Assembly: GCA_964304625.1 (NCBI GenBank) | Contig: OZ199839.1 | Span: 4,748,559 to 4,812,558, forward strand | DNA length: 64,000 nt | Source of the DNA: Kudoa neothunni | Taxonomy: Eukaryota > Animalia > Cnidaria | Direction: 5' to 3' | In this document: one piece after another, positions 53,380 through 64,000 of the stretch | Layout: every line of letters starts with the position of its first letter | Position numbering within the stretch: position 1 is the stretch's first letter | Translations under genes and position numbers: made by a program | Notes under the pieces: model-generated | The model's database searches: none | Seen by the model: the letters and a program-made list of their open reading frames with translations, nothing else | Told to the model about the DNA's origin: nothing

Positions 53380-54254
53380 GTAAGAAGTCAACTAATTTGT
53401 TTTCTTTTGAAAATTTATTTAATAATAGTTCATTTATTGTTATATGTGGTTATGAAATTAAAATTTTGATACGAACACTATTTTACTTAATATTCCTATC
53501 CGTTGCAATAACCACTGCCTATTTAATTAGGCTTCAAAAGAATTTTTCCGTCACTGAAATTTAGATATAATATTTTAACTTGAGAATATTATGATTGTCA
53601 AAAATACAGATCAACAATATCTTATATTGTTTACGAAATAAAAATTAAAGAAAAATCGCGTCCTACTACAACTTTTATAAAATAAGTGGGATCAATTCAA
53701 AATAATCAAACATAAATTTATAACCTCTTTAATAATTAGTTGTTTAAACTAATTTTTTTATAAGAGTAAATGTGCGCATTTTTAATAAGTAATTTACAAA
53801 TTTATTAAAAAATGCAGTCTAAATTTTTCTCAATATTATTATTCATGAGGGTTAATTCCGCGTCTAATTTTTCTGGATGATTCAAATTTAGTTCACTAAT
53901 TTTACTATAATCTTTTATTAAAACCTAACCATAAATTTTGTTCTTCAAACAAATTTTTTATTTAATAGTACCAACATTATATATCTATCATTTTTTAAAA
54001 TTTAAGCCTAAAAATTTTGTTCAGAATCATTAGAACTCATAAAATATTATGTTGAAACACCAAAACATAAAAAATGTTTCGTATATTCATTGGTAATCCC
54101 AAGAGATACTTTAGAAACTAAAATATTGATCGTTTAAATAGAAAAGCAGCCAATTCAATATTAAATTAGTTTAGAGAGAATCAAACAATAGAGACTGATA
54201 TTTTTAAAGAAATCTATAATTTAACAAAAATCAAAATATTGAAGTTCGAGTAAA

Positions 54255-55063
54255 TTATCTCTTCGGTGAACTGTGATCCAGGACGCTTGGGCTAAAATTG
54301 AATGTGTACACAAAGTGTAAAAAATTAGGAGTTACAGCGAACCACTCGAATCTTGTCTTTGAAGAACAGATAATTTCAGGGCAACGTCTTCTATGATAGT
54401 ATTCCACTTTTTAAATTCTTCATGATCCTCTTCTTCAATCTACAAATAAATTTAATAAAAATGCTTTCTGTTGTTCCACTATACATCAGAGAATGGATCT
54501 GGATTTTCACTTGGGATTTGACGCTAAAAAGTGTAAAATATTAAACCCAACCAACAACTAAAACCTTGGTGCGGGTTTTAATGGAAATCCTTTTGGTTAT
54601 ATCTTTTTGGGTGGTTAAAACCCTTTGTTGTAAGACGATTAAAGATGCAAGTGTTTTTTCCTTTCTATATATACAAATTTTAGTCATTCAAAAAACACAT
54701 TAATTTTTACGCTTTAAGACGACGTTGAGTCGTTGCCAAATCTTTTAGAATCAACATCTAAGTTAGAGTGTACTTTAAATGAATTAAAATGAGGTTTACT
54801 TTAAGTCTAATATTTTGTTCAAATTGGTTGGCTTTTAAAAGTTTCTGTTCCTTTCGATTGAGGACATCTATTTCTTGTCGAAGTTGCGATTCATTAGTGT
54901 TCAGCTACGAATGCAATACGTTTGTAGTTATAAAACGATACTGAGGACCACAATTTTTTTATAAGTATACCTCTTCGAAAGCTTCAGAGCACATTCTAAA
55001 TGATTCATCGATGGAAGGTTTTTTTTTGAAAAACCGTTTGATAGAATCAAAAAATGGAGCCAT
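54255..55063 (-). CDS. Short helical protein resembling a divergent ESCRT-III (Snf7/CHMP) subunit, ~7 exons
   Basis: Spliced: MAPFFDSIKRFFKKKPSIDESFRMCSEAFEE|LNTNESQLRQEIDVLNRKEQKLLKANQFEQNIRLK|MLILKDLATTQRRLKA|KEKTLASLIVLQQRVLTTQKDITKRISIKTRTK|RQIPSENPDPFSD|IEEEDHEEFKKWNTIIEDVALKLSVLQRQDSSGSL|PSVLDHSSPKR*. The gene structure is well supported; the family call is inference. Not in the ORF track. Confidence 0.65.
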
Positions 55064-55783
55064 TTGCTTTCAACCTGGTTGAATTATTATTGTTATTCTT
55101 CCGGCTGAAGCACTAACGTTAAATCTTAATCTTTCGTTTAAAAAATATATCAATGGACGGTCTTATCTAAGGAAATTATTCTAGCAAGTGGCCGTGTTTG
55201 CCGATCTTCAAACAAAACAACGGTGCCCGAACTCAGAAACACATTCAACATGGAATGTTTAGCTTTTTGCCATCCAAACGACAAACAACAGCATAAATTT
55301 TAAAAGTTGTGTCGGTACGTAATATGTGATGGGTAAAATATTCGGCTATATTTTATCATCATTAGAAACATGACTTAACACATTTTTTCATCAATAGCAA
55401 TAGTTTGAGTTTGGTGTTGTCAAATAAACTGTTTGTCTCAAACATAACAATGTTTTCTTGTTTAATCAACATTTCATGTGTTCACTTTGATTGGTTGTTT
55501 TAACAAAAATAATAAACAGTAATGTTTAATCGATCTGAATGAATATATTTAGAATGGTACTTAAAATAATCAATCAAAAGACACAAACTATTTTAGGAAC
55601 ACTCTGTAGTTGGCTTCAATTAAATGCTATGTTTATTTGATATAACACGCAATTATTCTACATTGTATAATTCGATAGGTATTAAATAAAATCAATTTGG
55701 CTACTTCTATGGAATAAAACAAAACATGACGATGCAAAACGAGCTAAGTTATACACATCGAAATTGATGCGCGCATCGTAGGC

Positions 55784-57901
55784 ATGACATGGACTTTAGA
55801 GGGTTTGGATCTTAGAGATTTCACACGAATATGCTTATTTCTTGATTACATTAGTGTTTGTCGTCTGTCGGCTATATCGAAAGAATTACATCATATAACC
55901 AACAGAAATTTTATCTGGAAAAAGCTATTCAAAGAAAAATACAACAGTCTATTCTTTTTATTTGATTCTATTCCATCGCATGATATCAGCTGGAAACAGC
56001 TTTTATTGGAAATGCGAACCATTGTTCAAAGAACACGAATGAGTTCAAGATATTTGGTGCAAGCTGAATCGCATAGTCTTGCTTATGATGAGAGAGTGGG
56101 TGCGAATTTCGATAGAAAACTCTCTCAAATAATTACACTATGGATACCAAAAGTTATTAGTGGATATGGCCGTATTCCACATGATTCAGATGTGTTGACG
56201 GCGTTATTTCGTCTCAAACACTACTCGTGGGAATTTATGCGAAAACACGATTATGTATCGAAACGGAAAAATAATGTGGTAGACACCTACTCATTTCTAC
56301 CTGATCCTTTCCCCTCTAATTCGTTAGAGACCTCGTTGGTGCATATAGAACAACGAAAACGCTCCATTCAACAGGGTTTCTATTTGAAACCCTATCAAGT
56401 GATAAGCAGCAGTTGTTTGTTGTATCGATTGATGTCCTGCTATAAGAAAAAGCCGTTTGTTGAATCGCTCACCTACAGCCAAATATGGAATATGTCGTTT
56501 TACCACGCCGAATACGATATGTTGATTGAGTTTTTGTGATTCGTTTGGTGGATTCACCGTGGTGGTTGAGAATAATCCCAGATTTTGTGGAGTACCTTTT
56601 CTAAAATTCCACCATGATTTGGTGGAATTTTTAAATTTTCTAATGTCGCCATTTTTCAATATCCATCCGTTGGGTGAGTATGTCGGTCTGATCGATGTAC
56701 CTCAACCCTATCAACATGCTAAGCATTTAATTTCTCTCTATCCTATGTGTCGTAATTTACGTCCTACAGCGTGCAGATCAAAAAAAAAATCGTTTCCATT
56801 TAAACCAAAAATTCACTCCAAATACAACCTAATGAAAAGTCATTATTTTCACAAATTTGACCCAGAACAAAATAGTGATAATTCAAGCTCCACCAAAGTA
56901 AAACTTGTGAGAAGTGAAAGTGATTTGTTGTTGTATAAAAAGAAACGTCACTTTGAACGTTCCTCCAAAGGTACTCGTTTGGTGCTTGGATAATGCTGAC
57001 ATATTTTCTAATGCTGTAGATGACAATTTTTTACAATTTTACTATCTCTTGTCAACCAGTGATGCCTCCCATCGAACTATTTGACACCGGTTGCTACCAA
57101 ATACCACATTATATCGATAGCAAGGATGTGTGTTGTGAAATGGTAATGACCTATCCAGATGAAGTTACCACCTGCGCTGACCATGGCGACAATAGTTCGT
57201 CATCAAATAGTCTAGAAAATCTCTCGATTGAATCTCCCTTCAAACCTTCCTACTGTTACAATTGTACTGATTATATTTCGTCGGTCGATTCCAGAGATAA
57301 CCAACTCCGAGAAGTGCAAGACGATATCAATGAAACTTGGAGCTTTGAATCTTGTGGTTATTTCAAAGGAGAAACGATATACTTCAATCCTCATTTTGAC
57401 GCTTGGTTTTTTGTTAGGACCAACCTTCCGGTGGTATTCGACAACAAAATCATTATTAAGGCCCACAAAATAATGTTGCATTCATGTTGGTGTGCACATT
57501 ATCTAATTAGGTTAATTTTTGTAGAAATGCCCTAAAAAATATTAAAACCAAAAAGCTTTTTAATCCATATCGACCACCCATCCCCAGCTCATTGGTGTTA
57601 TATCGACTTAAGTGTCTGTACGAACGATGTTGCTATGATTTCTATCCTACAGATCCTTGTAGTGTGTGGTCGGTCTACCTTAGAAATATCAACTACGATT
57701 GTTCAATTCATTTATACGATTATAATGGTACACCTCTTCCTGCCACCTGTAAATGACTTTATTTTAGGATGGTTCAATGTGGAAGTTCCCTCTGCTGACC
57801 TTCCGCAAGAATTCTATGTTGATGTTGCCACCCTTTTAAAAGTGCTTCACTCCGAACATTTTACTCATCCTTGTGGGGTTGTAGCTGGTTGTATAGCTTA
57901 G
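55784..57901 (+). CDS. F-box protein with C-terminal ApaG-like segments (divergent FBXO3-like), multi-exon
   Basis: N-terminal F-box LEGLDLRDFTRICLFLDYISVCRLSAISKELHHITNRNFIWKKLF. ApaG-like EVKVI...IFYNFTIS and WSFESCGYF...FDAWFFV...IIIKAHKIML. Internal splice junctions (56400-56570, ~56900) are tentative. Confidence 0.7.
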
Positions 57902-58306
57902 GTTTTTTGTAATTCAATCTGTCCATTCCTTTTGTATATCTTCGTTTGTTACATATTGATGTTTATAAAAAATTTCTCTAAATATATGCTTTATGTTTTC
58001 ATTTAACCCTTTATTTTTAAATCCTTAATCTAACTTAAGAAACGAATATTTTTCGTTCATAATTTTTGTGATTTAATAATTTTAACTTAATTTTCTCAAA
58101 ATAAAAGTCATCTAGTTAATAACAAAGTGTGTACAGGCATGAGGTCGTATAGAAACATTGAGCTAAGCCATTAATTCACCTTTAAATTTATACAACTCTT
58201 ACTGGGCTTTACTCTCTATTTCAGGATTGTTGACAATCAATTTCGGATATTGCATAAAAAACGATATATACCAATTATAAAAAAAATAATTAGCATTATT
58301 CTATAG

Positions 58307-58959
58307 CAGGGCCCGGCAAATTTATTGGGTTGTCGAGCCGGAGGGTCATGCCAAATTAGAAGGCAGGCCAGAATATATTTAAATACTTTAGATGTAGCGA
58401 ATTTTTCTCAGCACAATTGAAAATTGGATTAGTAAATTTACATTTTGAAATTTAAAAGAATACGCTTTCATTGTGACGCGAGAAAAAATATAACGAATGC
58501 TCGACATTTTTTATGAGGAAATGATTGGTTTTTGTACCATTTTTTATTTTAAAGTTTGCTTGATTTTTATTGAGACTGAATTTAAAAATTTATATACGTA
58601 AATGATGGTTTGAAATCGTAAAGAATATTAATGAAACGTTTTCATTTGTCATAATAAGATTAGTATCATACAATCAGTAAAAATAAATAATGATTTTGTT
58701 TTGGGGAATAATTTAATCTTAATTTTGTTTTTTTATACATTTATATTTAGAAAAGAGGGGATAATGTCTAATTAACTTAGTTTACATTGCTACTAAGCTT
58801 ATTTGTGTTGAAAAGATTGATATATAAAAACTGGGGAAATGATACAAATAATATTTAATAAAAAAAACAATTTAACTTTATTATTAACATCCTCGTGGGC
58901 CGGATGAGGAAAACTTCGGGGTCAAATTTGGCCCGCGGGCCGGTCGTTGTCGACTCCTG
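58307..58959. mobile_element. hAT MITE (653 bp)
   Basis: Ends CAGGGCCCGGCAA / TTGTCGACTCCTG, 8-bp TSD TTCTATAG/TTCTATAA and subterminal GGCCCGCGGGCCG. Confidence 0.85.
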
Positions 58960-58984
58960 TTCTATAACTATACTTTCAATACGA

Positions 58985-59600
58985 CAAAATTTTACATTAC
59001 CCGTTACTACCTACGATAAAAGCGTCATTCACACCAACAGATTTTATCATAATAAGGAAGCCTTGGAAGGCATCAAGTACATATTACCGAAAATTTATTT
59101 CGCATTGAACAACCCACATTGCAGTAACATTTAAAATCATAGTGATGTTTTGTCCCCTGCTATTCTGTAAAATAAGATTCGGTGTAATATCTTTAGATGC
59201 TTGGTCCTGAGTGCAGGTCTTATACAAATTAAAGGAGGTTTCATCAACAAAAACAAGTTTTTTGGCACCTTGTTTGAATTGAAAGATTACTATACCGTTC
59301 AACAAAATCTTCCCGGTAGGTCTTGGATAGATCAGAATTTCGGGCCGGTGAAGCGCTCCATTTTAATTTAAATACAATATTGTTAATTTTAAACCATCTC
59401 TAAAACTATTGTTCCACTGATAATTCTAATTTCTCGATCATAAGAGAAATAGATAAGATGTAATTGTCATTGATGAGGTCAAGTAATTTCTTTTACGTCA
59501 TCACTGAACTTGCGTCCTCCTTTTAAATGGTGACATTGTTTCAGTTTCTCGGTACTTATTTGCATCTTGAACGGTTGAAACGTTTTTTAAAAAATGTTCT
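58985..59600 (-). mobile_element. Tc1/IS630-like transposase remnant
   Basis: LVFVDETSFNLY...RGQNITMI, typical of the DDE_3 N-terminal motif. Degraded. Confidence 0.7.
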
Positions 59601-60437
59601 ACTTAAGTTTGGATTTTACCCTAATCTGCCATTAATTGACAAATTCTTTTATTTTCATCTTCCAATATTTTGTTGTATCCCAACATTACTCTTAAGTACG
59701 TTAACGTATACCCAATAATAGTTTAAATTTAAAAATTTCCGAACTTGAAAATCAACATTCTGCCATTGATTGCCGACATTTCCGAAATAGGAAGTAAAAT
59801 CCGGTAATGAATAGTTTTAACTTTTCTACAATAGCGCTAGGAGTATCCATACTAAAAAATAGGAGTTTCAGCTTACTTGCACAAATTTATGATACTTAAA
59901 TTTATCTGTTGTTTGTGGAAATTATCGTAAATTAGTTGCTGAGAAAATTCAACTATAAAAATTAATATTAAACAATTTTTAAAGTCTTATTGATTTTTAA
60001 AAATAGAAATCGGAAGTAATTGCCATCGATCGCCTAAATTAATCCTAAAAATCCGATTTGTCCGATTGAAATCGCGGTATCATATATTGTTATCTCCTTC
60101 TTTTATTCAACGTTGCGTCATTTTCAATCACATAAAGACAGACAACACTTATGGTAAAATTCATTATCAATTGTAGTGTGCCCAAAATATCCATGTAAGA
60201 GTTGAGAAATTAATCTAATTCTCACCTATTAATCACCTGAGTGTCTGAAAACGATTGTACACTTAATTTTTTAAGACCAAAGTGGACCCGTGCGTTTTTT
60301 CGAATATTTATTCAAAAAAATATTTTTAGTTATGTCATGAGTTGAAACATTTGTCCTAACTATAACCTGAAACAAAACATTTGATGTGAGTTCAACCGAA
60401 CAAGTACGAGAGTTAATCCAGGTTGTTGGTATATTAA

Positions 60438-60501
60438 ACCTCGAAGGGACGATGCGTCTGAAAATTACGTAGGGGGACAGAGTGGGGTCCAAATGGGCCC
60501 C
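60438..60501. mobile_element. Orphan piggyBac terminus
   Basis: TTAA|ACCTCGAAGGGAC...GGGGTCCAAATGGGCCCC has the same TIR-spacer-palindrome layout as the ends at 49344 and 44058. Confidence 0.55.
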
Positions 60502-60809
60502 AGCAATTTTAGCTTATTCTTTGAATTTTTTTACCAAGTCGCGCATTCTCAACCAATACATATCGAAATTAGCACTGGTGATGAAGTGTGGACCCTGAGT
60601 AATCCACACATAACCCTTTAATCCTAAATTTGCGCAAAAAAGAAATGTGTATATACTATTTACATAGATGTTAACAAAGCATGCTAAGATAAAAAGTTGT
60701 TACTAACGAAGTAAAAAATTTAAGATATTGCGCTAAAACTAAAATCTCTCTACTGTGTAACATTTTGTTTAGTTTAATCCCCGCTTAATCTTCTTTTCGA
60801 ATTCTGCGA

Positions 60810-62494
60810 AATAGGCAAGGAACCAGCGAACGGTGGCTGAAAAAATTGAAATTATCGAATACTATAATTCAATTAAATCTCTTAAAGGAGCAAAAGCAAT
60901 GATTGTTCAACATTTCAAGCTATTTAGTAATATAAAATTATCTAATCCCATTAAAATATATTTGCAGGGCACTCTACATTTGATAGGATTTTAGCTGCTC
61001 AAAATGATATTATTAATTCTACTGTTTCAGCTTCAGGAAAAATAATGAAAGAAGGCAAATACAGGGAGTTGGACAATTTACTATATGCGTGGACGTGGAT
61101 CACTAAAATGCAAAATCAGAAGAAGATTGTTCCTGCATACTTAATTGTTGAAAAGGCCAAAAGTATCGCTAAATCTATAGGGCTTGATGAATTTGCCGGT
61201 AGTAATGGTTGGTTCGTGGGATTTAAAAATAGATACTGTATTCATTATAAAAAATTGCACGGTGAAGCCAGCAGTGTGAATAATCAAACTGTACTGGATT
61301 TTTTGGTTAAATCTCCAGAAATCTCACTAGGATACAAAAAATGCAACATAATAAATATGGATGAAACGTCTCTTTTTTATGAACAGTTACTCTTATACGC
61401 GTATACTCTAAATGACGAATCCGACGTAAAAGGAATGAAGCTATCCAAGAAAAGGGTTACCGTTCTTGTGTCTGCGTCCTTAACAGGGGAAAAATTCCCA
61501 CTTATTGTAATAGGGAAGTATCAAAAACCCAGGTGTTTAATAAATCAGAGCCACTTCCTTTGAAATATTATACACCAAAAAATGCTAGGATGTCACCTAA
61601 AATTTTTTACGATGTCCTTAAGTCCTATGATGAAAAATTCCAAGAAGAAAAAAAGGAAAGTTCCAATATTATTGGATCAGTGCCCTGTGCATCTACAAAA
61701 CCTTCATGAATTTGAAAATGTTAAACTGGTATTTTTACCTAAAAACATCATAAGTGTACTACAACCAATGAACCTTGGTGTCATACGCAATTCAAAATGG
61801 CAGTATCGTAAAATTTTGACAAACTATCAATTATCTGAAGACAACAATTCAAATTTAATTAAGTATACCGTTTTGGACTGTATAAGAACTTGGAAGCAGG
61901 CATGGGAAACGTATCTTCGACTGCTATTCAAAATTGTTTCAGAAAATCTAGACTTGTTGAGCATTGTAATTCCATCCTTTATCACCCTGAATTAAAAATT
62001 ATTAGATGGCGAAATCTTGCCTCAAGATTTTCCTGATAATGATGGTGAAAATTTTGTCACATTTTTACATTGTTCATCAACCTTATTTTTTGGACAAAAA
62101 ATTTGACGAAATCAACAACATTGAAGAGGAGGAACAAATGCACGAGGAAACAAAAGATTTACCCCAAACGCACGAAACTGATAAATTTAAAGAGCATGAT
62201 GATCCGGATTTTGTAAAAGATGAAACGCTCGTGTCAACTTCAGAACTTAAACAAGCGATCAATTTAATCAGAAAAGCTTTTATGCAAGAAAACTCCAAAG
62301 CATTATTTTCAACGCACCTAGTTATAGATTTCATATCTGAAATAATTAAAAAAAGGCATAAACAGACGGAAATTACTAGTTATTTTAAACCCAAATAAAT
62401 TTTTGTTCTTATACATAATGCGTTTGCGCCAATACCCTATATTGCGTAATTTTTTTCCATTCCCAAAAAATTACGCAATATCCAGGTTCGACTG
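60810..62494 (+). mobile_element. Tigger/pogo transposon, degenerate
   Basis: GSNGWFVGFKNRY, LHGEASS, INMDETSLFY, KKRVTVL, LIVIGKYQKPRC, LLDQCPVH, FLPKN..SVLQPMNLGVI and KQTEITSYF. The right end is ...GCAATATCCAGGTTCGACTG|TA with an inverted TATTGCGTAATTTTT repeat. Frameshifted. Confidence 0.92.
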
Positions 62495-62559
62495 TATTAG
62501 GTTACAGAGGATGCGCCAGTGAGATTTTCTGGAGAATACTATTCGTGGCAAATATATCG

Positions 62560-63140
62560 TCATTGGCGTACGATTCTCGCTACATGAACTACATGAACTC
62601 GTCGAGGTGACTCATTAAGGTAAATGTTTGAACACTAGCCATTCCTTTAAATTTCCGTTTACAGTTTTTCCAATAACATTCCACATGATTGGTGTGAGCT
62701 CCAGTAGTCGGATCTTTAAAGTTTTTCGAGTGTTTCACAGTGGAATGTTGATAGTTGATAGGAAGGTCATTGATCAGAATGGATGACACTTTCAAGTTTT
62801 CTGGATCTTCCCACATAATACAAGAGTGTATCTTCAGTTCTGCCTTCGACCAAAACTAAAGATTCCCTTTTCTCAGTGACATTGTACCCGCCAAAAACCC
62901 ATCTTTGTTTCGGCCACCTTCCAACATTATTTTTTGCGTTGGCGTTTAATGACTCGTCGATTTGAACAATATGACTCGTTCCACCAATTTTATAATCAGC
63001 GTTCTTGAGCAGACATAGCGAAAATATTGATACCACTTGATAATGGTTTTATTGAATGAAAACTCATCCTTGGCTTTAAAAATTGGTCTTTCTATGCCCC
63101 AGGAATAGCAGACCTTAAGAAATTCTTGAAAAGTCAGTCT
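62560..63140 (-). mobile_element. Merlin (IS1016/ISXO2-like) transposase remnant
   Basis: KIGG..HIVQIDES, NVGR, RWVFGG, IHSD, HSTVKHSKNFKDPTTGAHTNHVECYW and HLDEFM. Confidence 0.88.
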
Positions 63141-63255
63141 TTTGTTTCAGCCGACTGAGCGCGCAAATTGTTGTTCAATTATGAATACACGAATATAGAA
63201 AGAAAACTAATAGCGTATTTGTAGATGGCCGATAATTTAATTATAAAATATAATA

Positions 63256-64000
63256 TTAGCGTAGCTTCCAATTATACATCAATGAAATTGCTTCTAAATA
63301 ATATGTTGCATAATATTTCTCATAATTAAGACATATATCTTTAACTTTTTCCATTTTCAGGATATGATGTTTTTCAGATAAAATAGAATTTGGATTGCGC
63401 ATTCGATATTGAATATTTTGTTCGGTATTACTCTGAGTTTCTTTTAATACTTCAATAAATGTATGCAAGCCGGCATATGGCTCTGATCGAATCGATCTTG
63501 AAAATGACAGTTGAATGCTTCCACCGAATTTGAAGTAAGGTTTATTCTATCGATGACACGATCGAAAGAATTCCAATTTTATATTTAGAATTTTGAACAA
63601 TTGATGAAGTTTTTTTCGAAATAAGTTATAAACGATGTTAAATTGACATCAACGAACTTGTTTCTTTTATTTTTAAGTTTGGTAAACTCCTGACGGACAT
63701 ATTCTATTGGAACAAAGGCTAGAGATAGGAAACATTTGATATAAATTTTGGAATCAACGTTTTCTTCATATAATTTCGTAAACTCTTCTTTTTGTATTTG
63801 TCTCCAAATGCATTGTCCAAGATGGAAAAGACAGAATTGTTATGGATATTTCTTTTGATGCTTTTTTGAACGTATTGAATACTTGAAGCTCAAAATCTAT
63901 TATCAAAAATTTTGGAAATTTCACTTTATTATCCTCGAGAATAGACAAAACTTTGGTATACGTGGATTCTGCTCTATTTGCCATTAATACAAAAATAAGC
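63256..64000 (-). mobile_element. MULE (Mutator-like) transposase remnant, continues beyond the window
   Basis: LMANRAESTY, IIDFE, FHLGQCIWRQIQK, TSNSVEAFN and FIEVLKETQ. Confidence 0.85.

Noticed and set aside
60151-60194. MVKFIINCSVPKIS|GTAAG as the first exon of a MIF- or THAP-like gene
   Set aside because: It lacks the MIF Pro2 and the THAP CxxxxC spacing, and no continuing exon was found.
1-64000. CRISPR arrays, rRNA, tRNA or prokaryotic operons
   Set aside because: No regularly spaced direct repeats or recognisable structural RNA signatures were seen by eye, and the gene structure is spliceosomal. An Infernal/tRNAscan run would be needed to exclude small RNAs.

Overview
This is AT-rich eukaryotic DNA with very short (mostly ~40-60 nt) GT-AG introns. 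It is an animal-type genome; compactness and fast-evolving proteins are compatible with a myxozoan-like parasite (inference). The ORF track is fragmented by introns, so I spliced genes by hand. Host genes are: two tandem P4-ATPase lipid flippases (minus strand) flanking an orphan multi-exon gene for a probable secreted or GPI-anchored protein; two tandem, divergent Churchill zinc-binding genes; STOML2; a short ESCRT-III/Snf7-like gene; and a divergent F-box protein with ApaG-like segments (FBXO3-like). Much of the rest is decayed and often nested transposons: piggyBac, hAT (Buster/SPIN- and Tip100-type), Tigger/pogo, Tc1/IS630, Merlin, MULE, Helitron and a probable Ty3/Gypsy relic. The most notable observations are four. 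(1) An inverted Helitron pair has near-identical outer ~1.08 kb arms but diverged inner parts, and the switch falls exactly at a microhomology deletion. (2) Churchill is duplicated. (3) The flippase paralogs carry non-canonical TM4 substrate motifs. (4) The orphan surface protein contains a beta-barrel-like module. No CRISPR arrays, rRNA or tRNA genes were seen.
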